A stretch of 64,000 bases of DNA. Origin: an uncultured Actinomycetota bacterium (GTDB taxonomy: Bacteria > Actinomycetota > Actinomycetes > JAFAQI01). The notes below the pieces were generated by a model. The model saw only the letters and a program-made list of their open reading frames with translations, did not search any database and was not told the DNA's origin. The DNA lies in contig CAVYQE010000011.1 in assembly GCA_963770565.1 (NCBI GenBank), positions 1 through 64,000 on the forward strand. Reading direction: 5' to 3'. Shown one piece after another: positions 19,059 to 29,300 of this stretch; the stretch's first letter is position 1, and every line of letters starts with the position of its first letter. The position numbers were made by a program, and so were the translations under genes.

Positions 19059-19490
19059 CGGCGCGTGCCGGCGATCGAAGGCTGGTTCACGATCGACGCC
19101 GAGCCGGCTCTCCTGGGGAATCGGTGCACGAGCTGTTCGACCGTGTTCTTCCCGAAGGCGACGTTCTCCTGCCGAAATCCGGACTGCGAGGGCGCGGAGT
19201 TCGAGCCCGCCACGCTGTCGCGGCAGGGCCGGATCTGGTCGTTCACCGATGCGCAGTACCAACCGCCGCCGCCGTTTATCGCTCCGCCCGGTGACTTCCG
19301 GCCGTTTGCATTGGCCGCGGTGGAGCTCGAAGCCGAGCGGATCGTGGTGCTCGGTCAAGTGGCGACCGGATACGGCGTGGACGATCTCAGCGTCGGTCAA
19401 CCGGTGGAGTTGGTCGTCGAGGACCTGTACTCCGACGACGATCACGACTACGTCGTCTACAAGTGGCGCCCGATCGGTGCGTCCGCATGA
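19050..19490 (+). CDS. DUF35 Zn-ribbon/OB-fold protein (thiolase partner)
   Basis: CTSC...FFP...CRNPDC, GRIWSFT; ATGA coupling to the thiolase. Confidence 0.88.
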   Translation: MSDRRVPAIEGWFTIDAEPALLGNRCTSCSTVFFPKATFSCRNPDCEGAEFEPATLSRQGRIWSFTDAQYQPPPPFIAPPGDFRPFALAAVELEAERIVVLGQVATGYGVDDLSVGQPVELVVEDLYSDDDHDYVVYKWRPIGASA

Positions 19491-20674
19491 GCGACGTGGT
19501 CGTTGCGGGTGTCGGGATGCACCCGTGGGGCAAGTGGGGCCGCAACTTCGTTGAGTACGGCGTGGTCGCGATTCGCGCGGCGCTGGCCGATGCCGGGGTG
19601 TCGTGGCGAGACGTTCAGTTCGTGTCCGGCGCCGACACCGTGCGCAACGGCTACCCGGGCTACGTCAGCGGCGCGACCTTCGCCCAGGCAATGGGGTGGA
19701 CCGGCGCGCGAGTGGCCTCGTCGTACGCCGCCTGCGCCTCGGGCGCCACCGCCCTCGAGGTGGCCCGCGCGGAGATCCTTGCCGGTCATTGCGACGTCGC
19801 GATTGCGGTCGGCGCCGACACCACCGCGAAGGGCTTCCTCGCCCCCAATGCCGGCGAGCGGCCGGACGACCCGGACTGGCTGCGGTTCCGGTTGCTCGGC
19901 GCGACCAATCCGACCTACTTCGCGCTCTACGCCAGGCGCCGGATGGCGTTGTACGGCGCGACCGAGCACGACTTCGCGGCGGTGCGCGCCAAGAACGCCC
20001 GGCACGGGCTCGACAACCCGAACGCTAGGTATCGCAAGGACTTCAGCATCGAGGACGTCCTCGCCTCGGCCATGGTGGCCGACCCATTGCGCTTGCTCGA
20101 GATCTGCGCGACGAGCGACGGCGCCGCCGCGGTCATCGTCACGTCGGCGGACTGGGCCGAGCGCCACGGCATCGATCACGCGGTGTCGATCCGCGCGATC
20201 TCGACCGTCACTCCGACGTTCCCGCAGACGGTGATCGAGATGCCGAACTTCTCGACCGACTCTGCGGTGGCGGCAAGCGCTCCCGCCACGCCGTTCAAGG
20301 CCTCGATCGCGGCCGCTGCCTATGCGGAGTCCGGCCTCGGGCCCGACGAGCTGTCCCTCGCGGAGGTCTACGACCTGTCGAGTGCGCTCGAGCTCGACTG
20401 GTACGAGGACATCGGGCTGTGCAAGGCCGGGGAGGCGGAGCGCCTGCTGCACGACGGCGACACGACCATCGGCGGCCGGATCCCGGTGAACCCCTCCGGC
20501 GGGCTGGCCTGCTTCGGCGAGGCGGTGCCGGCGCAGGCGCTCGCGCAGGTGTGTGAGGTCACCTGGCAGCTTCGCGGCCAGGCGGGTAGTCGTCAGGTCG
20601 AGGGTGCGCGGGTCGGGATCACCGCCAACCAGGGCCTGTTCGGCCACGGCTCGGCGGTGCTGCTGTCGGCCTGA
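19487..20674 (+). CDS. SCP2-type thiolase / lipid-transfer protein
   Basis: ACASG, SDGAAA, AEVYD, VNPSGGL, QLRGQAG. Confidence 0.9.
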   Translation: MSDVVVAGVGMHPWGKWGRNFVEYGVVAIRAALADAGVSWRDVQFVSGADTVRNGYPGYVSGATFAQAMGWTGARVASSYAACASGATALEVARAEILAGHCDVAIAVGADTTAKGFLAPNAGERPDDPDWLRFRLLGATNPTYFALYARRRMALYGATEHDFAAVRAKNARHGLDNPNARYRKDFSIEDVLASAMVADPLRLLEICATSDGAAAVIVTSADWAERHGIDHAVSIRAISTVTPTFPQTVIEMPNFSTDSAVAASAPATPFKASIAAAAYAESGLGPDELSLAEVYDLSSALELDWYEDIGLCKAGEAERLLHDGDTTIGGRIPVNPSGGLACFGEAVPAQALAQVCEVTWQLRGQAGSRQVEGARVGITANQGLFGHGSAVLLSA

Positions 20675-20678
20675 GCGG

Positions 20679-21611
20679 CTACTTGATCGCAACCGGTGCA
20701 ACCGGCGCGCCGGCCGCATGCACCACCGGCTCGGGCGTGGCGCTCAGCAGGAAGCTGTAGCGGCCGTCGTCCGCACAGTCGCCGGCCAGCACCTCGAGGT
20801 CGAAGTTCTGCCCCTGCACGAGCCCCATCTCGACGATGTGCAGCATGTGCACCGGCAGCAAGAGGTCGGCGCGCTCACCCGGGAAGACCTCGAAGGACAG
20901 GTTGTCCGTCGCGACCGCCGCGACGTCGCGGTCCCGGAACCAGCGGACCGTCTGCATCGACGGACCCGCCGTACTGATGCTGTAGGCGAGCCTGTCGCCG
21001 GCCAGCAGGTGCTGGATCTGGCCGGTCCGCAGCAGCACGATGTCGCCGCTGCCGACCCGCACCCCGGCGAGCTCCTCGGCCCGGTCGAGATCGGCCGCGG
21101 TCAGCGGGTAACCGCCCTCGAGTCGATCGACCCCGGCTGAGCGGGCCAGGTCGAGCAGCACGCCGCGGGACACGATCGCGCCGAGCTTCTCGGCGCCGAG
21201 CCGGGTCGCGCCGGTGTCGTCGACGATCGACGGCGGATAGCCGTTGTACAGCCGGCCGTCGTAGCTGACGTGCGCCAACGCATCCCAGTGCGTCGCGGCC
21301 TGCACGCCCATCGACAGCGCGTCGTCGTTGAACCGCACGCCGTGCTCGTCGTCGCCCAGCAACTCGTGCCGGGCGATCGTCGTACGGATCGGGTTGGTGC
21401 GGCCTTTGACGAACCCGAGCTGCGGCCCGGCTTCCGACATCGGCAGGGCCAGGCTGATGCGCTTGCCGTCCCGGACCAGCTCGACGGCTGCGCGGACGGT
21501 GTCAGCGGTGATGAGGTTGAGCGTGCCGCGCTCGTCGTCGCTTCCCCAGCGGCCCCAGTTGTTGACCTCGGCCGCGAGCTCCGCGAACTCGGCGATGTCC
21601 GGGCCGCTCAC
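20679..21611 (-). CDS. Cyclase-family (kynurenine formamidase-like) metallohydrolase
   Basis: NWGRWGSDDERGTLN, THWDALAH, GDIVLLRTG, VATDN. Confidence 0.88.
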   Translation of the reverse strand: MSGPDIAEFAELAAEVNNWGRWGSDDERGTLNLITADTVRAAVELVRDGKRISLALPMSEAGPQLGFVKGRTNPIRTTIARHELLGDDEHGVRFNDDALSMGVQAATHWDALAHVSYDGRLYNGYPPSIVDDTGATRLGAEKLGAIVSRGVLLDLARSAGVDRLEGGYPLTAADLDRAEELAGVRVGSGDIVLLRTGQIQHLLAGDRLAYSISTAGPSMQTVRWFRDRDVAAVATDNLSFEVFPGERADLLLPVHMLHIVEMGLVQGQNFDLEVLAGDCADDGRYSFLLSATPEPVVHAAGAPVAPVAIK

Positions 21612-21618
21612 GCCGCGG

Positions 21619-22164
21619 TCACGCCCGGTCGGGCGGGGTGCAGATCCGGCACGCATTGAGCGTCGTGAGGGTGAGCTCGACCTCGCTGAGATCGTCCCGC
21701 CCGGCCACCACGGTGCAGTCGAGCCGGTGATAGATCGTGCCGTCCGCGGTAGCGACGTAGCGTTCTTCGACCGCCTCGATGCCGGTGATCTCGCCGGCGG
21801 CGCCGGCCGCCAGCAGCGCTTCGATCCGCCCGATCGCGCGGGCCAGGCTGACCGCTTGTGACCGGGCCTCGCGGATCCGCACGGTTTGCCAGTACGCGAA
21901 GTACGCGAAGCCACCGGCCACGACCACCGCGAGCCCGAGGATGCCGCCCGAGATGATGTAGTCGTCCTGCTCGTAGACCAGCGTGGTGTGCGCCGCGTTC
22001 GCCCAGCCGAGCACGATCAGGACGATGCCGAGCGGGATGAGCACTGCACCCGCCACCAGCAGCCAGCGGTCGAGGCTTCCGGCCGATGCCCGCCGGCGCA
22101 GCCGGCCGATCCGGTCGGACAGCCCGTTGATCCGGTCGTCGGCGGACTCGGTCGAGGTCGTCAT
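21619..22164 (-). CDS. Two-TM membrane protein with C-terminal Cys/His motif
   Basis: TM helices; C-terminal YVATADGTIYHRLDC...CRIC, Ada-like metal-binding pattern. Confidence 0.75.
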   Translation of the reverse strand: MTTSTESADDRINGLSDRIGRLRRRASAGSLDRWLLVAGAVLIPLGIVLIVLGWANAAHTTLVYEQDDYIISGGILGLAVVVAGGFAYFAYWQTVRIREARSQAVSLARAIGRIEALLAAGAAGEITGIEAVEERYVATADGTIYHRLDCTVVAGRDDLSEVELTLTTLNACRICTPPDRA

Positions 22165-22288
22165 CGTTCCCCTTCGAGGTGGCAGTCGTCGCCCTTGCTC
22201 AGCAACACCTGGTCCGCGAGTCGTATCAATCCGGATCCGACCACGATCGCCGCGATCACCGCGACCACGTCCCAACCGGCGGACAACG

Positions 22289-22292
<4 letters not shown>
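22161..22292 (-). CDS. 43-aa single-TM small protein, absent from the ORF track
   Basis: MTLSAGWDVVAVIAAIVVGSGLIRLADQVLLSKGDDCHLEGER; ATGA overlaps with both neighbours. Confidence 0.7.
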
Positions 22293-22992
<700 letters not shown>

Positions 22993-22996
<4 letters not shown>

Positions 22997-23787
22997 GGCG
23001 CCGGCTCCTCGACCCCGAGGTACGCCGCCTGCACCACCGGGTCGGTGCGGATCGCGCCCGGAGGCCCTTCGGCGATGACCCGGCCGAAGTCCAGCACGTA
23101 GATCTGGCTGCAGACTCGCATGACGAGTTCCATGTGGTGCTCCACCAGCAGGATCGCCATCCCGCTCGCCGCGAGGTCGAGCATGAGGTCGCCGAGGGCC
23201 TCGGTCTCGGTATGGCTGAGGCCTGACCCGGCCTCGTCGAGCAGCAACAGGCGGGGCCTGGTGGCGAGCGCGCGACCAAGCTCCACCAGCCGGGCCAGGC
23301 CGGTCGGCAGCGAGTCGACCCGCGCATCGACCACGCTCCCCAGGCCCACCTGCGCGATGATCTCGGCGGCAATCTCCCGCGGGGACCGGCGCTCGCTCGA
23401 CCACGACCGGTGGAACTCGGCGGCCGCCAGGATGTTCTCGTACGCCGTCAACGAGCCGAAGACCTCGAGGCGTTGGAAGGTCCGTGCCACGCCGAGCCGG
23501 GCCCGCTTGTGCGGGGGGAGCCGGCTGACGTCGTGGCTGTCGATCACGACCCGCCCCTTGGTCGGTCGCTGCAGGCCGGTGATCACGTTGAAGGTGGTGG
23601 TCTTGCCGGCGCCGTTCGGCCCGATCATTCCGGTGACGTGACCGGCAAGCGCGGCGAAGGAGACGTCGGATACCGCGTCGATGCCCCCGAACCGGACCGA
23701 CACGCCATTCACCTCGAGCACGGGCGTCGCGCCGGGCGGCGTCGAGGCGGGCGCTGGCTCAGTGAGCTGGGCTGGCAAGCCGATCAC
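22993..23787 (-). CDS. Liv-type ABC ATPase (LivG-like)
   Basis: GPNGAGKTT, ARTFQ, LLLDE, VEHHM, AYLG; start approximate. Confidence 0.9.
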
Positions 23788-25690
23788 CCTCCTCCGCGAT
23801 GAAGGCGGCGGCCGGTGTGCCGGCCAGGTAGCTGCCTGGCCCGCGCCGCGGGCCGGCGGCCCGGAACAGCTCGATCACGTTGGCGATCCGCCCGCTGATG
23901 CCGTTGGGGTCGCGCCCGACGCTGATCGCGGCCAGGCCGGTCAGCAGGTATTGCAGCTCGCCGAGCCGTGGAAAGTGCGGCGCGGCGACGTTGAACGCGG
24001 TCAGCGTGGCCGCACCCAGGAGTGCGCCGGTCGCGGTGTTGATCCCGCCGACCCGGGCCAGCAGCAGGACGGTCAGGCTGACCAGCGAGGCGAAGTCGGC
24101 GGAGCTGACCGCGCCCGGGCTGCCGCCGTACAGCACTCCAGCGAGCCCGGCCATCCCGGCCGAGATCGTGAAGGCGATCAGCTTGGTGCTGTTGATGTTG
24201 ACCCCGAGCGTCGCGCAGGCGGCGGGGGAGTCGTTGGCCGCGACCAACCGGCGGCCGAACGGGCCGCGACGCAACGCGAGGACGCCGATCGCGCAGGCCA
24301 CGAACACCACGCAGGTCAGCACGAAGAAGGACTGGTCCGACTGGGTCGGGATGCCTGGGATCCGCACCCGCCGGATGAACAGGCTCCCGCCGGTTCCGAG
24401 TGACTCGTTGAAGAAGGCGGAGTCCATGATCGCGGCGAACGCGAAGGTCGCCAGCGCGAGATAAAGCCCGCGCAGCCTCAAGGTGGGCATCGCGACGAGT
24501 GCGCCGACCGCCGCCGACAGCCCGATCGCGGCGAGCACCCCGAGCCACGAACCGCCGTGTGCCACGTGTCCCATCGCGTAGGCGCCGAGACCGACGAAGG
24601 TCATCTGGCACAGCGACGCCATCCCGCCGTACCCGGTCAGCAGGACGAGCGAAAGCAGGACGAGGGCGAGCGCGAAGCCCTGCGCGCCGATCCGCAGGTT
24701 GTTGCCGGACAGACCGGTCGAGACCACGGCCGCGGCAGCGATCAGCGCGGCGCCTACCGCAAGCGAGCCGCGCAGGCTGGCGACCCGTGGCGGTACGACG
24801 CCGGTGAAGGACGCGGTCCGCAGCCGGCTCTGCGGGAGCAGGATCAGGACCATGAAGAGGACGACGATCGGGATGATGTTCTGGATCCGGTCGGTCCACC
24901 CGGTCTGCGGCAGGTAACCGAACAACACGCTCTGGCCGACCGCGATCCCGATCGCGCCGGCAATCGCCATCGGCACGCTCCGCAGCCGACCGATGATCGC
25001 GGCGGCATACCCGTCGACGACCAGCAGGGTCAGGTCCAGGACGCTGAGCTCGTTGATCGCCGCGAGCAGTATGCCGGCCAGCGCGGCGAGCGAGCACGAC
25101 AGCGCCCACGACATCTGCTTGACCCGGATCGGCCGGCCACCGGCCATCGCGAGCAGGTCGGCGTTGTCGACCACGGCTCGCATCGCGATGCCGGCGCGAG
25201 CCCTGGTGAGCAGCAGGCGGAGCCCCACGGCGACGACGACCAGCGACACCGCGGCCACCACCTGCTCGTAGCTGATCAGCAGTCCGGTCACTTCGAATCC
25301 GTTGCCGTGGAAGAACTCCGGCAGCGAGCGGCCGACCTGCTGGTTCCAGACCAGGTTGCTCAGGCCGACGAGGAACAGCAGGAGCCCGAGGGTGACCACG
25401 AGGGTGAGGTCCACCGGTGCGCCTTCGAGCGGCCGCATCAGGATCCGTTCGACGATCAGGCCGAACAGTGGTGCGAGCACGACCAGCACGAGCGCCACCG
25501 CCAGCACGACGTTGAGGTGCCAGCCCTGCCACAGCTGCCAGAACGTGTATGCCGCGATCATCGCGATCGCGCCGTGGGCGAAGTTGAAGATACCGGTCGT
25601 GGTGTAGGTGACCACCAGACCGGTGGAGATCAACGCGTAGACGCAGCCGGTCACCAGCCCGAGGACGACGTAGCTGAGGAAGAGCGTCAC
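23759..25690 (-). CDS. Fused LivH-LivM-type ABC permease
   Basis: GIFNFAHG (LivH half), GYGGMASL and RLRGLYLALAT (LivM half). Confidence 0.9.
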   Translation of the reverse strand: MTLFLSYVVLGLVTGCVYALISTGLVVTYTTTGIFNFAHGAIAMIAAYTFWQLWQGWHLNVVLAVALVLVVLAPLFGLIVERILMRPLEGAPVDLTLVVTLGLLLFLVGLSNLVWNQQVGRSLPEFFHGNGFEVTGLLISYEQVVAAVSLVVVAVGLRLLLTRARAGIAMRAVVDNADLLAMAGGRPIRVKQMSWALSCSLAALAGILLAAINELSVLDLTLLVVDGYAAAIIGRLRSVPMAIAGAIGIAVGQSVLFGYLPQTGWTDRIQNIIPIVVLFMVLILLPQSRLRTASFTGVVPPRVASLRGSLAVGAALIAAAAVVSTGLSGNNLRIGAQGFALALVLLSLVLLTGYGGMASLCQMTFVGLGAYAMGHVAHGGSWLGVLAAIGLSAAVGALVAMPTLRLRGLYLALATFAFAAIMDSAFFNESLGTGGSLFIRRVRIPGIPTQSDQSFFVLTCVVFVACAIGVLALRRGPFGRRLVAANDSPAACATLGVNINSTKLIAFTISAGMAGLAGVLYGGSPGAVSSADFASLVSLTVLLLARVGGINTATGALLGAATLTAFNVAAPHFPRLGELQYLLTGLAAISVGRDPNGISGRIANVIELFRAAGPRRGPGSYLAGTPAAAFIAEEGDRLASPAH

Positions 25691-25703
25691 GGTGGTGAGT
25701 GTC

Positions 25704-27053
25704 CTACGGCGTGTACGGCAGGAAGCTGCCGTCGCACCGATAACCCACCTTTGGATCGCTCATTCGCTGGAACTGGCCGTTCTGCAGCTGCCACAGGATG
25801 TAGCAGTGGTTGCCGGTGGTCTTCGAGCTCGGGTCGGTGGGTGCGATCAGGCCTTGGTCGCTGAAGTTCCTGATCTTCGCCAGCGCCGCAAGCACTGATT
25901 GGCGGTTCGCGGTCGGGCCGGCGTTCTCGAACGCCTGTTGCAGCATTCGGCCGTCCGCCCACGCGAACATCGCATACAGGTTGAGCGGCGCCTTGCCGTT
26001 CGTGTTCTTGAACCAGGTCTGCAACAGCTTTACCTCGGGGATGTTCGTTGCCTCCGAAGAGTTGAAGAACAGCGAATACTCGCTCCATCCCTCGATTCCG
26101 TTGAGCGCGGAGACCTTGCCCTGGAAATCCGGGATGAACGCCGAGTCGTAGGCGATCGGGATGATGTTGATCACCCCTTTGCAGGCCGCGATCGAGTGCT
26201 CGTTCTGGATCATGGTCGCCGCGTTCTGCGCGTTCTCCGCCGAGGTGTAGAAGACCTGGATGTGGTCCTTGCCGCAGGCGGTCTGGAAATTGCTGGTGAA
26301 GTTGCTGTCAGTAGCCGCCGCGGTGTTCTGGTAGGTGAACTTCCAGCCCTGGCTCTCGGCCGCGTGCACCATCGCGGCCTGCTTGGCAAGTGCCGACGGT
26401 ACGTCGGGGGCGATCGTGCCGACGTGTTGGACCTTCGAGCCGTACTTCTGCGCGAAGTACTTGAACATGCCGGTCGCGTAGCCGGCCGACCCCGGTTCGA
26501 GGTCGAAGTGGTTGCTCAGCGGCTCGGCGGTCGGATCGAGGGCGACGTGGATGTCCGGCACGGTCGGGTGGGCTTGCAACACCGTCGCACCGCATCCGTT
26601 GCCGTCGTACAGCGAGAACGAACCGACGAACGCGAAGACCTTGTCGATCAGGCTGGTGGTGTCGTTCTGGTTCATCGTGCAACTCGTGCCCGAGTCGAGG
26701 AAGTCGATGACGACCTTGTGGCCGCACAGCCCGCCGGTCGAGTTGATGTAGTTGGCGAAGGCGTTCGCGCCCTGCTGCGCCCCGGCGAACAGACCGCTGA
26801 CCGGGCCGGTGCGATCCGCGACGGTGCCGAGCGTGATCGTCGAACTGGTCAGGCCCACGTCGGTCCCGCTCGTGGGGCACTTCGGGTTGAGCGCCACGCC
26901 CGAGGTGCTCGGGCTCGGTGCGCCGATCGCCGGCGGGGTGCTCTGGGAACTGCTCGCAGAGGTCTGTGGCGACGGTGAGACCCGCGCGCCGCAGGCCGCT
27001 GCGCCGAGCGCGGCCACCAGAAGGAGGGCGGCAAGAGCACGAGACCTACGCAT
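25704..27053 (-). CDS. ABC substrate-binding lipoprotein (Liv/PBP1 type)
   Basis: AAAC lipobox; YINSTGGLCGHKV motif; several Cys. Confidence 0.88.
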   Translation of the reverse strand: MRRSRALAALLLVAALGAAACGARVSPSPQTSASSSQSTPPAIGAPSPSTSGVALNPKCPTSGTDVGLTSSTITLGTVADRTGPVSGLFAGAQQGANAFANYINSTGGLCGHKVVIDFLDSGTSCTMNQNDTTSLIDKVFAFVGSFSLYDGNGCGATVLQAHPTVPDIHVALDPTAEPLSNHFDLEPGSAGYATGMFKYFAQKYGSKVQHVGTIAPDVPSALAKQAAMVHAAESQGWKFTYQNTAAATDSNFTSNFQTACGKDHIQVFYTSAENAQNAATMIQNEHSIAACKGVINIIPIAYDSAFIPDFQGKVSALNGIEGWSEYSLFFNSSEATNIPEVKLLQTWFKNTNGKAPLNLYAMFAWADGRMLQQAFENAGPTANRQSVLAALAKIRNFSDQGLIAPTDPSSKTTGNHCYILWQLQNGQFQRMSDPKVGYRCDGSFLPYTP

Positions 27054-27083
27054 CCGAGTCCCTTCGGTCGGCTGGCTCCGTTG

Positions 27084-27599
27084 TCATCTGGCTCGGCGCC
27101 CGGTTACCGACATGGTCGAGCCGGCCGGTGCGCCGGTCGGAGGCATCCCCAGCTTCCGGTGGTCCCACGATCGCACCCTGCTCGCTTTGACCCGGATCGC
27201 CACCCGCTTGTTGAGCATTGCCTCGACGATCGGCTTGAGGTCGTCGGTGTAGGGGCCGTAGTAGCGCTCGAAGATGTTGACGCCGATCGCCCACAGCAGG
27301 TCGGCGTCATCGCTGACCTCGGCGACGCCCTCGATCTCGACCCCGCGCAGGTCTTCGTAGACGATGCCGTCCTCGACCAGGCAGCTGACCCGCGGGTCGC
27401 GGCGCAGGTTGATCGCCTTCTGGGACTTGGTCTTGGTCTCGAAGCAGATGTCGCCGTCGAGCACCGCGAACCACATCGCGACCAGGTGCGGCTGCCCGTC
27501 CGCTCCGAGGCTGGCCAGCGTCATCGACCTGGTGCCGTCGAGCAGCTCCTTGATCTCGGTCTCGGACAGCACGATCTCGGCCCGCCGGTTGACGCCCAC
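27084..27599 (-). CDS. PPOX-class F420-dependent split-barrel oxidoreductase
   Basis: GQPHLVAMWF, KSQKAINLRRDPRV, SWDHRK. Confidence 0.85.
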   Translation of the reverse strand: MGVNRRAEIVLSETEIKELLDGTRSMTLASLGADGQPHLVAMWFAVLDGDICFETKTKSQKAINLRRDPRVSCLVEDGIVYEDLRGVEIEGVAEVSDDADLLWAIGVNIFERYYGPYTDDLKPIVEAMLNKRVAIRVKASRVRSWDHRKLGMPPTGAPAGSTMSVTGRRAR

Positions 27600-27604
27600 G
27601 TCGC

Positions 27605-28729
27605 TCAGCTCGCGGCGGACTGCGCGAGCAGCTCCGCCATCCGTTCGGTCGTGGCGATCCATTCCTCGACCAGCTCGAACATCACTTCCTGAGTCGGCCG
27701 CACCCGGTTCATCCGGCCCACGATCTGTCCGACCGGGAAGCCGGCGAGCTCGCGGTTGTGCGCCCGGCTCACCCGTCTCGCCATCTCGCCGAACAGGATG
27801 CCCTGCAGTGGCATCGGCAATGTCTTCGGCGCGTCCTCGCGCTCCCACGCCTCGGTCCAGGCGGTGCGCAGCTGGCGGGCCGGCTTGCCGGTCATCGCGC
27901 GCGACCGGACGGTGCTCCGCGAGTCGGCGGCGAGGATGTTGTCCAGCGCCTCGGGCGGGGTGTTGGCCTCGGTCACCGACAGCCAGATGGATCCGGTCCA
28001 CGCGCCCTGCGCCCCGAGCGCCAGGCTCGCGGCGATCTGCCGCCCGGTGCCGATGCCGCCGGCGGCAAGGACGGGTACGTCGGGACCGACCACGTCGACC
28101 ACCTCGGGGACCAGCACCATGGTCGAGATGTCACCGGTGTGCCCGCCCGCCTCGGTGCCCTGGGCGACGATGACGTCGACGCCCTGCTCGACCTGCTTCT
28201 CGGCGTGCCGCTTGCTGCCGACGAGCGCGGCGACCAGCACGCCATGGTCGTGCGCAGTGTCGACGACCTCCTTGGGTGGCGGTCCGAGCGCGTTGACGAG
28301 CAGCTTGGTGGGGTGCGCGAGGGCCACCTCGACCGCCCGGGTGGCCTGGTCGTCGACGCCGAGGCCGGCCGCGCGGGCCCGCTCGTTGTAGTCGGCCGGC
28401 AGCTGGGGGATGTCGTACTCGGCCAGGATCGCGTCGACGTAGTCCCAATACTGCTGGGGGATCATCGCGCGGAGCTCGTGCTCGTCGGGTTGCTTCCCGC
28501 CTTTGCCGACGTAGTTGGCTGGCATCACGAGGTCGACGCCGTACGGCAGGCCGTCGACGTGGTCGTCGATCCAGGCCAGCTCGACCTCGAGCTCTTCGGG
28601 GGTGAAGGCCAGTGCGCCGAGGACGCCGAAGCCGCCGGCGCGGCTGACCGCGGCGACGACATCGCGGCAGTGCGAGAAGGCGAAGATAGGGAACTCGATC
28701 CCGAACTTGTCACAGACCGCGGTGCGCAC
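27605..28729 (-). CDS. Nitronate monooxygenase / FabK-like flavin oxidoreductase
   Basis: AFSHCRDVV, QGTEAGGHTG, LAAGGIG, WTGS. Confidence 0.88.
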   Translation of the reverse strand: MRTAVCDKFGIEFPIFAFSHCRDVVAAVSRAGGFGVLGALAFTPEELEVELAWIDDHVDGLPYGVDLVMPANYVGKGGKQPDEHELRAMIPQQYWDYVDAILAEYDIPQLPADYNERARAAGLGVDDQATRAVEVALAHPTKLLVNALGPPPKEVVDTAHDHGVLVAALVGSKRHAEKQVEQGVDVIVAQGTEAGGHTGDISTMVLVPEVVDVVGPDVPVLAAGGIGTGRQIAASLALGAQGAWTGSIWLSVTEANTPPEALDNILAADSRSTVRSRAMTGKPARQLRTAWTEAWEREDAPKTLPMPLQGILFGEMARRVSRAHNRELAGFPVGQIVGRMNRVRPTQEVMFELVEEWIATTERMAELLAQSAAS

Positions 28730-28746
28730 GTGTCCTCCGAAACCGA

Positions 28747-28765
28747 ATCTGACGCCTCGTCAGGT
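28747..28765. promoter_or_regulatory. CTGAC-N5-GTCAG-type operator, copy 4
   Basis: ATCTGACGCCTCGTCAGGT in the divergent gap between NMO and Ddn genes. Confidence 0.7.
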
Positions 28766-28785
28766 TGCAGAGTACGGTGCTTCGG

Positions 28786-29256
28786 GTGACCTCACAACGA
28801 TCCTCGGAATTCGCTACACCGAGTCGTGACGACATCGTTGCGATCAGCAAGAAGCACGTGTCGAAGATGGAGTCCTCCGACGCCGACGAGGTCTGGATCT
28901 GGGTCGGGATGCACCATCTGCTGTTGCGCACGATCGGGCGGCGTACCGGCAAGGAGCACAAGGTGGCGCTGCCGTTCTGGCGCGATCCGGACGGGCACCG
29001 GATCGTGGTCGCGTCGTTCGCCGGCGCCGCGGCCGATCCGGCGTGGTACCTCAACCTGGCCGATCGGGAGGTGAACCCGACCGTCAGAGTTGCCGTGCAG
29101 GGCGGTTCCTTCTGGTCGGAACCCGAACTGCTCGACGATGATGAGCGCCGGCGGATCTGGGACCTGCTCGTCGTCGATCGCCCGCACTACACGGAGTACC
29201 AGCGCACCATTGAGCGCACGATCCCCCTCGTCCGTCTTCGCGAACCTGCGGGCTGA
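28786..29256 (+). CDS. Ddn-family F420-dependent nitroreductase/quinone reductase
   Basis: LRTIGRRTG, VASFAG...PAWYLNL, YQRTIERTIP; start uncertain (28765 or 28786). Confidence 0.85.
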   Translation: MTSQRSSEFATPSRDDIVAISKKHVSKMESSDADEVWIWVGMHHLLLRTIGRRTGKEHKVALPFWRDPDGHRIVVASFAGAAADPAWYLNLADREVNPTVRVAVQGGSFWSEPELLDDDERRRIWDLLVVDRPHYTEYQRTIERTIPLVRLREPAG

Positions 29257-29263
29257 TTGCGGT

Positions 29264-29282
29264 TCCTGACGGGTCGTCAGGT
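29264..29282. promoter_or_regulatory. CTGAC-N5-GTCAG-type operator, copy 5
   Basis: TCCTGACGGGTCGTCAGGT just upstream of TAGGGT (-10) and GTG 29301. Confidence 0.7.
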
Positions 29283-29300
29283 TTGGGTTAGGGTTGGCGC

